NCBI RefSeq assembly: GCF_002105155.1
Contig: NW_019028998.1
Coordinates: 248,001 to 312,000 of the forward strand
DNA from: Lobosporangium transversale
Taxonomy: Eukaryota
Direction: 5' to 3'
DNA: 64,000 bases
The translations under genes were made by a program, and so were the position numbers. How positions within the stretch are numbered: position 1 is the stretch's first letter; the number at the start of each line of letters is the position of its first letter. Positions 12,421-27,419 of the stretch are shown piece by piece. Under the pieces are notes generated by a model that saw only the letters and a program-made list of their open reading frames with translations, did no database searches and was not told the origin of the DNA.

Positions 12421-15400
12421 ATGAGCGACCGTAGGACATCGTTTATGTTGGACTCCTCTACGGAGCTGGCGTCAGAAACCTCGCCATCCATACTTCCAAC
12501 GGCGGAAGGGCCTGCATCTTGGACGACATCGCAGGGTGATGACATAGAGGGCGGACTAGAAGGCATGGAAGATGAAGGTGACATGCAGGATTCTGATGAC
12601 CTAGACACGACTGATAACTTTGACCAAGAATTGGACGAGAGCCGTGATCATGACCAAGTACTAAACAAAAAATGCTATAAAGAGGCAAGTGCTAACTTAT
12701 GTTCGAGGAGCCATACAAATAGACTCACAATTACCTTTCATTTTTCCCTGTATTATTCTTCGAGTAGGAAGAAGAAGATGACTTAGAAACGAAGGTATGC
12801 AACCATTTTGGTAAGGGTAGTGTGCAATAGCAATTGGCTTTGGCTGATTACACTTCTCACAATATCTACATCTCGGGAACTTTGAATTCATTTTAGATGG
12901 ATGAATTATACCATCAGCTACAAGTGGAGACAAAGGCTAAGGTATATTATTGTATATTGTTGTACTGTGATTTTGTCTTCGGCATCACTATAGATGGTTA
13001 ACTGACTGTCATGTCTTGATTAAAATGACTACAGGAATCGGCTGAAAGTTTGTTAGAGGTAGCTCGACAATATTTAAAGGACAATCCAGTATAAAAGACT
13101 TGCATTAAAATATAATTAGAGGGAGCACTAATCTAGCGGCACTAATCCATCACAATCTGAAAAACCTTTCAGGTGTATCGTAGCAACGGTGTAGGCAGCC
13201 AAGGGAATAACAAATTAAGGAATCAGGTCGAGCAAGAGTTGCAGGCAACGATGGCGAGGATAGCAGAAATCAACTTACAATTGGACTACTATAAACAGAG
13301 AGCATTTGACCCCCCGTCATTTGGTAATCGCGTGCGGCTTTGATGAATAAGCATTGAAGATCTGATTTTTATAAAGAGCCCTCATCTCATAAAACTGATT
13401 TTCTCTGTTCTTTCCTAGGTTATCTTCCAGATCAAGACTTGAAGGACTCGCAAACTACTATTCCTGTAGTAACGGGGAGAAGCCATTCAAACTCTTTTTC
13501 GACCAGTGACTATGCTGATAATGAAGATGGTACTGTCGACATTATTATCGATGTCATTAACATACTTGTAACTTTGCAGCAATAGTCATTCTGACTTGAT
13601 TTCTTTTCTCCTGTATAGATCGACAAAGCATACACTCCGCTGTATCAGACATTGTGGGCTCGCTTCGAAGTCTTCTGGATTCACCATCCATTCGGCTTGA
13701 GCAGCTCTCAAATTTAGCCAACATATTGAAGCAGAACCAACAGGTTCATCCAGGATACCCAATACAGGAACTAGTATCGTGGTAAGTGCCATAATTTAGG
13801 ACTGATCGATGCTTTGATGGTGTTAGGTTTTCGCAATCGCTCCTTACTTTGTCTTAGTCTTCGATTTTGTTTAGCGAGCACTGTCAGAGAAATACGTATG
13901 AATGCATACAGATGCCTTCGACTTCTTTCAGGATCAGAGCCACTCGGGCAGGTTTTAACGACTCAAAAATTGGATATTTTCATCATCAGGTATTGAGATG
14001 CATTATATGATTCTCCGTCATATCGAATTAGGCCTCAATAAATGCACATATTACTGAACATTTGCCCTACTATGTTTTGCACCGCACCTTGATACACTTA
14101 AGGTCACTCATGGCAGACCATCGTGTCGAGTCGGAGAGAATAGAGGCACTCAAGCTCGTAAGGTGCTTTGTGACGACCAAGGAAGGCATGCAGCACCTAT
14201 CGGATGGTATTGTGAGGGCAGTCATTGCTATAGCGGAGCAGAGTGATGAGAAGCTAAGGAACGCTTGTCTGGAAACCCTTGGTGAAATGGGTATGATTGT
14301 TTTATGTGATATAAACTATCTCCTTTATTATCTATTTGATTTGCAGAGAATGAGACAGTATACTGTTACTGATGGCTGTTCTTTCTGGATAATAGTTATG
14401 TCTGATCCAAAACCTGTCGCGCGCTGTGGAGGCTTCAGGCCTATCCTGGTCGCGTTATCAGAAAATCTCCAGGATTTGTCCGATGGTTTGCTCAAAGTAT
14501 TTTTGTATATGTTGGAGAGTCCTGACACTCGAATTTATCTGCGACAGGGTCTTGATTCAGAAGTAGGTTTACGATGAGATTCTGGCTCTAGTTCCTGCTA
14601 ATTTTATTGGGTACGACAGCGTGTTTTTACAGCTCGGGATTTTCTTTACCACATTAGATGGTGATGTCGGTTTTCACTGACATATATTCTCAAGGACCGT
14701 CTTATATGGAGCGTGTGAAAGCCTCGGGGCGTATTGTCACGTCGATGATTAGGTCTTGGGCTGGGTTATTTGATCTTTGTGCAAACGATAAGCGTGCGAT
14801 CCGATCATTGGTTCAGTCTATTAAGCTTCCAATACAGGAAAACAGAGTAGGAGGAGTTGCAACAGCTACTTTATTGAAACCAAGCTGTCTTCCTCAACGC
14901 TGATCTCTATATGCTATTTTGATTCCTTACAGAAAGTGCTATTGAATATGTTTTACGAGATATTCCGCATACGAATTCCAATTTGGCTCAAGGAGTTTTT
15001 AGATGGGAAGCATGGTAAGCATTATTGGTTTGACATAGCGAGTTGAAGATTTAATATTGACACGGTTTTCTTTACAGTTAAACCTACACAAGATGATCTT
15101 GATAGCTACTGGGAGTCGAACCTGCAGCCTCTTGGGCTCGTAGATCATCATCAAAGTATTGTGCTTACAGTCTTCATTGACGCAGGATTGATTGAGGTTT
15201 GTCTTGGCAGAATTTCGCAGTAAAAAACAAATCGATAAATATAGGGCAATACTCAAAATAGCTTTTTAACTTGCGCCCCTCTGTAGATGTTGACCGCTCT
15301 CATTGTAGAGAATAGTGGGAATATCAAGTGTGAAGATTTGGAGGCTAAAAAAATATTAAGGAAAGCTGCTCTGCTGATACCTGAGCTTATGCAGCTCGCA

Positions 15401-15825
15401 TACAAGATCCTGCCACCTGATAAGAGTATCCACATCCAGACGTTGCCTTCGTTATTTCAAGTCGCGACAAACTTTGATGACCCTGTTCTTCGCCATATCG
15501 CAGCCAGTGCTTTCCGGTTCATTGATGCTCTCAGCCGGACGTCGAGAGGTATCGCTGCGGAGAAGTATGTATATTTGAGTAAGAAGCGCTATTGAGTCAT
15601 TTAGGCGCTTGATCGCATTCGAGATTTCCAACTAATACTCTTTTGATAATTACAATCCTAGAATGGATGATGGCCGCGGGCGAAAGAATATAGACAGAAT
15701 CAAGCTAAGAATAGGATATCAATTAGATGACGCTAATTTCCGATCGATGCTGAATGAGACGCAGGTATTATGGTGCACGAAATATAATATCTTTTATTTT
15801 TTTTATTTTCTAGAGGCTGTATCTA

Positions 15826-15859
<34 letters not shown>

Positions 15860-18800
15860 CTTCCTTGCTATAGGTGTTGGCCACGAAGGATGCTTCTAAA
15901 TGGCAGTTGGATTTGATATTGGAGGTTATTCAGGGTCCCATGCTTAATCCTCGACGATTAGATGAGGCGACGCGTAACACAAAGTTCATAAAGCGTTTGC
16001 TTGCTTTCTATAGACCCCTAGACCATACCAACCAGAGTCAGCCTGATTTTGAGGTATTTTCTGTCTATACTTTGCTCTTATCAGCTTTTCTGAACTTAGC
16101 TACCCCTTTACTAATAATTATGGGATGATATCTGTGGCAGGATCTTCAAAAATACACCAAAATAGGATGCGCGCTTTTCGAGACACTTGCAAACAGTACC
16201 GAGGGAGCAAAATACCTTGCTCAAAACAAAATATTGAGACTGATCGCGGATGGACTTGCTCAACTGGATCCGGTATATAGGATTTGCTCTATCATGTTTT
16301 GAAATAATTGCGGTATATCAGCCATCAACTTGGACAAACTAACCGTCTTTGAAATTTCCTTGCTGCAGATGCAAGGCCATCCAGGATCAGAGGACATATT
16401 TTCAAGAGAAAAAATGGAAACAACAATATCGTCAGGGTACTTTGAAATGCTAGGCACTCTCTGTAAATCCCGTAGTGGATCATGGTAACACAGTAGCTCT
16501 TCTCTTTGTTTGTAAGCTGTTAAAAAAAAAAAAAAAAAAAAAATTACTGACACCTTCGTTTCAATATCAAGGCTACTGGAAAAATTTAAAATATTCAATC
16601 TTTACTATCGATTGAGCGAACTAAGGAGCCGCGATGATATAGTTAAGCGAATTATCACATCAATGGATTATAGCATGTAATATTGCCAAAATGTATCGGC
16701 GTCGTGAATGCTTATGTAATTGTAATTTTGGTAACCATTAATGCGCCGTTCTGTACGCTATTAGGGATGGGCATCCGCGCGTGATTTTATCGAAAATTAT
16801 GACCTCAGGGTACAAGCATATCCGGTTATATGCAACCCAGCATCTTGGGACGGTGATTAAAAATGACAAGAATGAGTTCACTGACTGGGGAATCCGGCTA
16901 TTGTGTACACAGGTAACAAACAGCATTGCAACTGTAATTGTATAAAACTGTTGTGCGTCCGTGGACTACTGGTTTTTACATTTTTTCACTCTTTAATTCA
17001 ATCCGATGGCACAGCTCTGCGACCCTTCTTTAGAAGTATGTTATATGGCAGTAAAAGTGTTGGACGAAGCCTGTGCTCAACGGAAAAACCTGGATCTTCT
17101 CATTCGACTTCGACCAAACCTTGACCATCTGGGTGAGGCCGGTAACCCTTTATTGCTAAGGTTCCTATCCACATCCAAAGGATTTCGTTACTTGAATGAT
17201 ATGTCATATATCGAGGGACAAATGGACGACTGGTTTATGGTAAGCTAGCTAGTTCTAAAGCTCATGTCATTTTTATTTTTTATTTTTATATACTTTAACT
17301 TCATGGCTTTTTTTTTTTTTTTATTTTTATTTTTATTTTTTTTTATTTTTATTTTTATTTTTTATTTTTTATTTTTTTCATTTTATTTTATTTTTATTTT
17401 TCATTTTATTATTTCTGTACAAAAGTTTGCAAACAGGCAGTATATGATCCAAACTGAGGTCAAACTTGCTAGAGCGATGGAGATTCAGCGGTTTAATCCC
17501 TTTTCTGAAGATGGTCGATTTGAAAATGAAGCCGAACTTCAAATTACGTATGTGTGAGCTGTATTTTATTTGGTGGATAGTTTCCTTCTAACTGAGCAAT
17601 GTCAATTCTAAAGATTCTTCGTATTGTGTATTAGTCACGCTAAACAGGTTATTACGCCGCATTTCTATGGCGAGTTGACAAGAACTGACGAAGGATGCGA
17701 GCTATTGAGGAAGCGAGGTCACTTTGCTGTCTACGCTCGCTTTATCCGAGAGCACTGTGCTGAGTTTAAAGACTCAACCATCATCAGCGAACTCAAGTCG
17801 ATTCTTTGGGCTGTGGTACATATTGAACTGAAAGTTGATTGGTTTTGGTGATGGATTTACGATGTGTGCTTCAATAGCTAGTCTGAGCGAGTTGTGATGA
17901 CCCATAATAATTTTGTTGGTTTTAGGGTAACATTGGATCAACAACCAGGGGCCTGCCTTTTTTAGAAGAAGAAGATCTAATCAAGTACATTGTTGGAATG
18001 GCAGAGCGTTCCAAAGTATTATCTTTGAAGGGGTATGGGGCCTGCAAATACATCAATTGGATATCATGCGTACTATATTTGCGGAAGACCTGACAGCATA
18101 TATTTGGTTCTTCACAGGACATGTTTCTATGTATTAGGTCTGATGTGCAAAACAACACAGGGTATTGAAATCCTTGAAGATTACGGCTGGCAAGGCATTA
18201 TGCATCGTGATCGAATGCCACGAGGTTTGTGCTTGCCCAAGGATTTGGATCGATTTCTGGAGGTTAGTCATTTCCTGCATTTGGATAAAGAGCCGTTTGT
18301 TTGATGGATTTGTAGATCTTGATGCTTCAACTGTCGTCTTATTCTGGTGCTTTAGGTTCCTCGCTGGGATCATTACCGGGAAGTTGTTCCCAAAGTTTTG
18401 ATACCTCTGGCCATTGAAGGGGATGTTGTGGAGAAGGAAATTTTGCGATGTACTGGTGAACTTGGGAACGATATTCTTACAGGTGGTGCCTCTAAGAAAC
18501 TGGCCAAAATTAAGACTGAGCACCCAACGTATTTCGGGAGCCTTCCTTTGTACATGGCAGTAATTGAATTACTTGGCCATTATCATTTCAGGCTTCCTGT
18601 CCGTCGATTTATTCTTGGTCTGTTTGATATGAAGTTCGAAGGCTCCATGTGGGAACGACTGGATAGTCTAGGGTCAGCGCCAACTACAGGAAAAGTAATA
18701 ATGCCGAAAATGGCCTCGTCGTGGACAGAGACGATGGCGATACCCAGAGATTCCCTGGATGTTGTTGGGCGCTCAAGCTTTGATGGCGCTACGGGAACAA

Positions 18801-19204
18801 CTGGAGCTAATGGCACCATTCCACGACCCCGAATTGCCTCTGATGCTCTGCAAGAACCACACCGCCCTTCGTCGGCGTACCCATTGGCAGCTACAGAAGA
18901 AGCGACAATGGATATTCGCCCGAATGATGAACTTCCGGCAGTAGATACACAAATAGCTTCGACTCGCCACCTCAATAGAAATGGCAACGATCTTGGAGTT
19001 ATGGATGCAATCTCACTTTCACAGCCTCCAATTCCCCCTCCTCGGCCACCGCCTAATGCATACGAGATTCTTTATACCAACAAGCCGTACCATAGAAGCT
19101 TTGCGAGGGAAGCGGGCTTGGCTCCACTTCCGCCACGCGTGAAAATCCAATTAGATGAACCAGTGATGGATGAAGATTTGATGCCGATGGAAGCCTGGCC
19201 ATAG
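12421..19204 (+). CDS. RICTOR: TORC2 scaffold RICTOR/Avo3/Ste20 with N-terminal HR1-like coiled coil; more than 20 introns
   Basis: ERIEALKLVR, RNACLETLGE, FIKRLLAFYRP, HPRVILSKIMTSG, PHFYGELTRT, KSILWAV|GNIGST, RG|TCFYVLGL, LLGHYHFRLPVRRFI. The N-terminal exons encode ELYHQLQVETKAK|ESAESLLE|VY. Confidence 0.93.
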
Positions 19205-19970
19205 AGCGTTCTACATAATGAACTCCCAAAAAAAATAGATAACTTTTTTTTTACCCAAGTCATGAGATAAAAAAAGTGAAATAGCGACAAGGTTAATGCT
19301 GCTTTATGTCATAATTGGCTACAATCAGCATTCTATAACAGAGCTTTGGTCACCGATAAATGGACCAAGCAAAGAAGATGCATTATTTTATTACTCATTA
19401 GCGTAATTCCTCTCAAAGTGTGATAGGGGGGGTCAAAGCCTTTTTTTTGTCTTAATCCTCTAAACCTTTGATATAATCTAAAGTTCTTGTCTAACATAGT
19501 CATCTTGGACTTTGCCCTCAATTTCGCTCATTTGCTCACTTGTTGCTCCACACAATCCCCAGTGCAGAAGGTCCTTGCTCTTTTATTTCTTTTCTATCAT
19601 CTTGTCTAGGTTGTTACTCATCCCTCTTCATTTCTCTTTTTTCATCTCCTTCTTGCCTCTCTCCTTCGTCTCAGCCTACTTCACTATTTTTTTTTTTTTT
19701 TTTTCTCTTTCTCTTTCTCATTCTCATTCTCATTCTCTCTTCCCCTCTCTCTATTCCTATCCAAGTCATTCAGTTCATTACTCTACTCTACCTTAAGGCC
19801 ATCTCATTTTTATCAACGAGAATAATAATAATAGGAACAATAAGACCAATAAAAGGTCAAAAGTAGGCGCCAAATAAAGGTTGTGCCGGCCCAACCCAAG
19901 CAACAGCGTCCATTCTTTGACGCGTCGTTAAATCTCTATATTTGCTACGCAGTCCTTGACTCTCACACTG

Positions 19971-22926
19971 ATGGATAACAAGCAGTCGGGAATGGTGACT
20001 CCACCTATTGTCTCACCCCGCCCTATCCAAAACCAAAAGCCTCTGACTGCAGATGAGAGTTGGAAAATCGTCGGTAGTCCACCCAGACGACCATTACTGT
20101 CTCCTCCAGAGGAAAGGGAGCGCAACCGGGGTCTGCAAGATAGCGACCTTACGACGGTTGAAGGAAACAGCACGAGAACAATAGCTACTGTAACTTCTAC
20201 AGTCAATAATGACATTACTGAATTTGCAGACTCGACTGCTTCATCAGTTTCTACAGGTATTGGCAACGAGTCGTCCCCAGTCTCGTCTGCTCTATCAAGC
20301 TTCTCTCCAGGCGGCTCAACACGGCATAGTCTAACATCTCGTCACAATTTGGCTGACCAGAACCAAAATACAGGACCGTTGTCGTCATTAATGGCGCCAA
20401 GCACCAGTCATATCGATAGGTTTATTGCAGGAAATGGACTATCGCCTTTTGATGAAGACTCACCTGCCAAAGAATCCGAACAGCAGCCTCTGCACTTCAA
20501 AAGCTTTAGCACCGGAACGCCTTCTAATGTACATCTCGATGCAGCAACTTCTCTTTTGGACAATGATGACGTCGGATTAAGTCAATCGCTCACTGGACTT
20601 GGACGTGAAGCTACAGTGACTAGTACTGGCCTAAAACAGGGCAGTATCGGGTTAGAATCATCTTTGAGTCGGAGGCCATATTTCTGGAATCCAATAAAAA
20701 ACGTAAACAGCCAGACATCTACTAAGGCCAGCAGCAGTGGTCGTCTCGACGCTATAGGGCCCAATAGTGGTAGGACGGCTCGGAGCTTGTCTTTTTCTGA
20801 TACTAGCTTTTCGACTACATTTGGACTTTCTTCAAATAACCTTACACTGGATCAGGAAGATGAGGATGTATTGAGATACAGACCACCCTTGCCCACCATG
20901 GAAGAGGAGACAGAGGAGCCTCTTGAACCACGCATCAGCCGAACTAGGAGTTTTTCCACATCTGCGACTCTAGGTTCGAATGCTTTCCCTACACTTTCAA
21001 ATCCAATGTTTTCTGGTCGAAGCACACAAAATGCATTTGATCTGAGTGATGGATCATTTGCAACGGCAGGATTGACGAGAGATGATGATAAACCGCCCTT
21101 GCATCGTAAGCTCTCTGGAGGATTGTCTGCTTGGCCTAACTCCACAGTTTCGGGTTCTCCCCCGACGAGCCATCGACGTGCCATGACCTCAGCCTCAAGT
21201 TACAACACACAAATCTGGGAATCTTCTTGTCCTTTTCAACCATTAACTTCGCCAGTCAGGAGAGAGCATCACATGGAGCGGCAACCCATACCCCGACGCT
21301 TTTCACTTGCACCCTCTTCTGATTTTCAAACGTATGATAGCTTTTTGGATGGCATGAATGCTGGGAACTCTTCAAACATAGGAAGCTACAATCGGTATGC
21401 GAATAAGTGCGATAAGAGAAGTTGTGTTGTCTGAAGATTTCTCCACCATTACTTGAAATCCATCATTTCCGGGGATATATCGTTAGAATGTGCCCTCTAT
21501 TTAGATTTTGAACTCTGACGACTTTTAGGCTTTTATTCCCTAATTCTCTTTACCCTCTGTATCAGTCATCCTCTAGGAAATGGCTTTGCACAGCAGGCCC
21601 AGCGACGACACTCTGTTGCAGGTTTTGGTGGTATCTATGTCCGACCGACTCCTACTACGTTTGATTTGACGTCGGCTATGGAAGCATTCCATTTAGGTGA
21701 TGTTGTTGACCCAAATAATAGTTGGAGTCTGAATGAAGATCCTCATGAAGAGGACGAGAGCCAAGCGCAAGGCCTTAGCACAAAGGAACTTGGCAAGGGG
21801 CTTACACTCAGTCAGCTATCGCATTGCGGTTCACTTTATCTAGTAGAGTTTAAAGCTGGTAGGAGCGACCTATTCTACATTCCTGAGAACAGTGGGGTAT
21901 CTCTAAAGAAGGGCGATTTAGTGATCGTAGAAGCAGACCGTGGCAAGGACCTTGGGAAGATCACAAATGATATGATTACGCCTCAACAGATTCAAGCGAT
22001 GCAGACACAGCAGGCGGAAATGGCTGCTATACAAGCTCAGCAGGATGGCGTCGGCTCCGGCCTTGGAGGGAATGGAGGCAGTAGCAATAGCACTGCGCAA
22101 CGTACTCTGAAGGAAATCCATCCAAAGCGCATATTCAGACTTGCTCAGCCATCCGAAATATCCCAACTGACGAACAAGAACCATGACGAGATTAAAGCCA
22201 TGATGGTGTGTCAGAGTAAAGTTCGACAAAAAAGACTTCCAATGGAGGTAGTTGATGCGGAATATCAATGGTATGTTACCTTTAGTTCTTTTTTTTTTTT
22301 ATTTTTATTTTTTTTTTTAAAAAAAAAAAGAAAAAAAAAAAGATAGTATTTAGTTGTACTCATCAAAACCATGGAATAATCTTGATAGGGATCGTCGCAA
22401 ACTTACCTTCTATTTTATCGCAGAAAGAAGGATTGACTTTCGTGAGCTTGTTCGTGATCTCTTCAAGATCTATAAGACTAGGATTTGGATGTATGCTGTG
22501 AGTCCAAGCATGTCCCAAGCGAATGCTGGTACTCTTCATAATAGCCCGCCTCCTTCTTCCTTTGCTCACCTTCCTGCTCATCAAGGCCATCAGCAGCAAA
22601 TGCTGCAACACTCACAAGGGCCTTCCACAGCCGTTGTATCATCAGCATTGCCAATGGGTATCCAAAGTGGGTTTCAAATGATGCAGGTACCGCACCCCCA
22701 CCAATACCCGCCGTTGCATGCTACTCAGCAATATGCGCAATATCCTTCGTATGCACAAATCCCGTCACAACTACAAGAACATTACCAGACGCTATTGACA
22801 CCCCATCGGCCCCCGCAGCCATCCTATCCCTCACAGGCGCAAACGCAGGCTTCTACACATCTAATACAACAGCAGCAACAGCATTATCAGCAGAGCCCGT
22901 ATTCGTATTCGTCCGTCAACACATAA
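19971..22926 (+). CDS. PSP1 C-terminal domain protein; exons 19971-21394, 21566-22270, 22389-22926
   Basis: LYLVEFKAGRSDLFY, GDLVIVEADRGKDLG, LPMEVVDAEYQW|DRRKLTFYF..RRIDFRELVRDLFKIYKTRIWM. Long S/T-rich N-terminus and Q/P-rich tail. Confidence 0.92.
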
Positions 22927-23015
22927 TTTGTTGATGAATTTCATAGATATTCATATCATAGATTATTTTATTTTATTTTTTTGAATGACTTTGTCCACTA
23001 CTAAAATATAATTGG

Positions 23016-23016
<1 letters not shown>

Positions 23017-23066
<50 letters not shown>

Positions 23067-23073
23067 TACTATA

Positions 23074-23122
<49 letters not shown>

Positions 23123-23145
23123 TATTATATATTATTTTTATTATT
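23017..23145. repeat. (TAT/ATT)n microsatellite between convergent 3' ends
   Basis: About 125 bp of near-pure ttattatta with a few ata interruptions. Confidence 0.95.
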
Positions 23146-23157
23146 TTCTCAATGTCC

Positions 23158-25943
23158 TTAACAAACACAAAAATGTTTGATAATATCCTGCCACTTGCCA
23201 ACAGCTCGACCGCCCGCTACAATCCGCCTTGCACAAGGGCGCCATTCAGCTGCGTAGGCGCTCATCTGTTGGATCCTTATACTATCTCCTTTCTCCATCA
23301 CGACCTCATCTTCCCGCATGGTGATCGAGTACTTTCGGTTGGGACGGTGTCGATCTCGCACCATAAAATAAAATACACGTGAATTGCTCTGTGGTTGTTG
23401 CTGCTGTTGTCGAGAAACTCGATTTGTTATTGCAGAAGCATAGGCCGATTCCATCACTAAATCCTGTGTCCCAATATCATCAAACGTAGAACTTACTGAA
23501 GGGACAACCAAGAGGGGTTGCAAGACCAAACTGGTTGTCTGGCACACATCATCCACGCGATGGATTTGGATCAGCTCATTCATTCGCTTCGCCAGTAAGA
23601 GCAAACTCCCACGCAAGAATGTTGCATCCATCTCCTTACGAGGGTCAAGCTCCAAAAAAGGTTGAAAGGCACAGAAATCATTGGGTATACCCGCAGAACT
23701 GCAAGTTCGATCTTCTTCAATAGGAAGGAGGAGGGATCGACCATATTCTTGTGCATACGACGTCTGATTTGGGGCTCCGGGGTGGAACTGCTGACGGAAG
23801 GTGCCATCGGCGATGAGCTTTGTCATGTATGATGTATAGCCTCCATCAGAAGCAGAAATAGGCATGTCTCCATAAGCCAAATGAAGGAAGGTCTGATGGA
23901 GGTCCAAGTGAGATAATATGCGGTTTTGATTCTGCTCCAAGGCCTGAACAAAGTCTGGTCGACTAGAGAGTAGTTGGCGAGGTAGTGCTATATACAATGG
24001 TGGGATCTTGTGATGAATAAATCCCGGAAATGTATAAGTCTCGCGACCATAATGTAATCCGTGGTCTGCCATGATGACGAGTGCGCTAAATGCAGAATAA
24101 AATAAAGAGTTTAAAGAGAAAATGTTAAAGACTTTGTTGAATCGTTAATAGAGATTACAAAATTAGTTAGTCCTTACCTCTTAGGAGTCAACAGTGGTGG
24201 TTGTCCATCATGACCAACAAGTAAGCTTTTAATAAAAAGAGCCAGTCGTTTATCAAACGATATGTGATGATGATCCTATCAAGTACGAGTTGATTCAAAA
24301 AAAAAAAAAAAAACGGTGCGTTAGTATCAGTCATTTCTCGAGATTTACTTTATACCGTGTCGAAAATATCATTCAGCATGAATACTCACAGGAGAATGAG
24401 TATCCATGAAGGAGTAGGTTGCGAATCGTCGCTGTCCCTTTGTACTCGTCAGCCAGCCTTCCAGATTTTCCATAATATGCTCGTGAATGGCCTTTTCGCC
24501 TGCACAATAAGGGGTATTCCACCTCATCCCGCCCATCAAAGCTGTGTCATAATTGACGGTTTCAGGTAATTTGCAGCTTTGTCCCCAGATTTGAGATACA
24601 ACATGCATATCATGGTTTTCACACCACACAGGCTGGGGCATTTGGTATTGGGCAGGAATGCGCCGATTGAGATGTGAATATTCGAATGAGATTGCGCCGC
24701 TTGTGTAATCATGAATCCCTTGCTCACCTCCACATTCTCCATCTGTGTGTGCTGTTCGGAATCCTTGTTCCTCAAAGACATCCCATAGCCAATGTTTGGG
24801 TCCATGTCTCATATTTTCGATGGACTGTCCAGAGTAAATAAAAGCTTTGTTAGGAGGTGAGTTCTGTCCAAGGACATTGTAATGTTCAAAGTCAAAGATC
24901 CGGTGCCCTTCATCTTCTGAGGTTGCTGTAGAATTAATCTGTGTCAAAGTCTCCATCACGGCCTTCATTTCAATCGTGAACTTTGCTCTCGAGATCGCAT
25001 CCACCAAAATCATCACGACATCATCCAATAGAGGCTGCGGGGTCTCCATGGTTCCTGCAATAGGGGGTGGGGCGTCTGGATTATTGTTTGTGTCCGTAGC
25101 ATCAAACTCACGAAAGACTACGTTGGCGTTATTGACTCCGGGCGGACACAGGACAAATACATAGGGTTCATCCCCGATAGGCAATAGATCATCAATCCCC
25201 TGGCTCATCGTTGGGTGGTTCCGAAACTCGTCCTTCATAAAGGATGGAAAACGGTAGCGATAGTCACCCTGACCGGGACAGTCCACAGCCAGATATTGTT
25301 TTCCATCCTTCCACCGAATCTGAGTGAACTTTAAGCCATTTGTAATGTTGATTGGTAAAAAGGTGTTGATGTCCCAGTCCCAAGGCGGTAAATGGAATTG
25401 AGATAGACTAAAGTCATCGATGCTGATGCCGGGAGGAGGCTTTAGGATCCTATTATCGGGTACTGTGGTATTATTATTATTATCAGTACTGTCCTTTTGG
25501 TCCAGGGTGGTGTCATCAAGATGAAGGAGTGACAGAAGTGCAAATGCAAGTGAGACGACCATGGCTGTTCCGAAAACCGTTGCGAGGATCTTGCAGGGGT
25601 GTGAGGCACGTGAAGGACGTTGCAACCTTGATTTTTCAAAGTCAAAGTGTTTTGAATTGGCTAGTGGTGCAACATCGTTCATGTGTTCTTCATCCACGTC
25701 TTCATCATCATCATCGTCATCGTCATCGTTATCGTTATCATTAACATTATCGCGATGATGTTGTCTTGAAATGGTCACTTGGAACCCTTTGTATTCATCG
25801 TCATCGTGACTATAAAGCTCAGAGGAATCGATTTCCAGAGTTGTGGAGAGGTGAGGACGGTCGTGAAGGGGGAATGATTGGCTGGTGTGTGCCTGTGATT
25901 GCTCTTGAGTCAAGGACTTGTATGCGCCCCTTGTGGAACTCAT
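23158..25943 (-). CDS. DUF229-like alkaline phosphatase/sulfatase-superfamily type II membrane protein; 3 exons (about 25943-24390, 24275-24178, 24085-23158)
   Basis: TM segment ILATVFGTAMVVSLAFALLSLL, then VVMILVDAISRAKF, HYNVLGQNSPPN, SFMDTHSP|DH, VIMADHGLHYG, SHLDLHQTFLHL, GRSLLLPI..DRTCSSAGIPNDFC. The motif order matches the DUF229 family as I recall it. Confidence 0.75.
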
Positions 25944-27419
25944 TGTTATTTTTTTTTTTTTTTTTTTTTTTAAAAAAAAAAGAAGTTCCAGCCAAAGAGA
26001 GTTGAATTTGGATGTTTTGAAAGGGCGGGGAGTATTTAGAAGTAATATGTATCTGGCAGAGTGATCGAGACAGTAAGTGAGGTGGGGTATATTGACTGTT
26101 ATTGAGACAAGTGTCCGCTGGAGTAACAAGTTGATGCCAGTAGAGAAGGAATGATGAGAGTGAGAGAGGATGATGAGGAAGATGAAAGTCGCTCGATAGG
26201 AACGAGTTATCACGCGAGCAATGAGAGGCTGTTAAGATGACAATTGTATTGTATTAAAAATTATACTGTGGGTGGGTTGAACCAAAAGCAAATGTTTGTG
26301 GGACCACATCGATTCGGCTATGCTACAAAGCACTTTTGCATTAGTATTTAAGAAAAGTGGTTTGGGTGGATCTGCACTTTTCATTTTCTATTCCACAAAG
26401 GTGGAGATCAAGGACGATTACAGTTGTGTGCATATTAGGGCTTGTTGTACATTGCCTCCGATCTGTAGAAGGAAGGTTGGTTGCCAGCATCCGAGTCAAT
26501 TAAAGTCTGATGGTCTGATGTCAGTGAACTCACGTTCAATCTATTGGAGTGTGTATTATATAATTGGTATACATGTACATTTATAAATTCTTTTTTTTTT
26601 TTTTTTTTTTTTTAATGTAGTAATTGGACCAAAGTCTAGTCTAGTAAGTTTATGAAATTTAATTTTGGTTTGAGTCGACCTAACGAGTTCCTTTCCTTAG
26701 TATATGTTTATTTGCTGTTGCTGCTGTTGCTGCTGTTGCAGTAATGTTGTTTCTTTGTTCCTATCCTAATGAGAGTGTTGTCATGACAATGATGAAATCA
26801 GGGCCAATGTTTTTTTTTATATGTTTATAAACATTAAAAGTATAGGATATATATGTATATATATATTTGTATACAGAAGTGATAATTAAAATTAAGAAGG
26901 GATGATGCTGAGCTCAACCGAAGAAAAGGGGTTCTTTCTCCTTTTTTATTTTTTAAATTTCCTAAAACCCATTGACCCAAAAGGAGTGCCAACCTGGTAT
27001 AAGAGAGAAAGGAGGGATGGGGATGAGCAAAAAAGTGAGCGGGAGAGCAAGAACGAGAGCGAGAGCGAGACAGTAAGACCGGAAAAAAATAAAGTAAAAA
27101 AATAAAAAAAAATAAAGAGGATGGATGATATGACAGGCATAAAAGAAAGAAAATGTTTTGCATGGAAGAACAAGCGAAGGAAAAAAAAAAATAATAACCC
27201 TTTTTTTGGTGTTGACATGCCAAAGTATCGGGCCGAACATGGATGGATGAAAAAGAAAAAGGTTTAATGCTTTCAAAAGGCACAGATTGATGATCAAAGC
27301 TCGGATGAGACAGAAACCCTGAAAATGGAGAAGCCGACGGTGGCAAGATGAAAAAGGGTTAAATGTAGAGGAATTATAAAAGTGTATTCGGACCTTGTAA
27401 ATCCATTGTGGATCATGAA

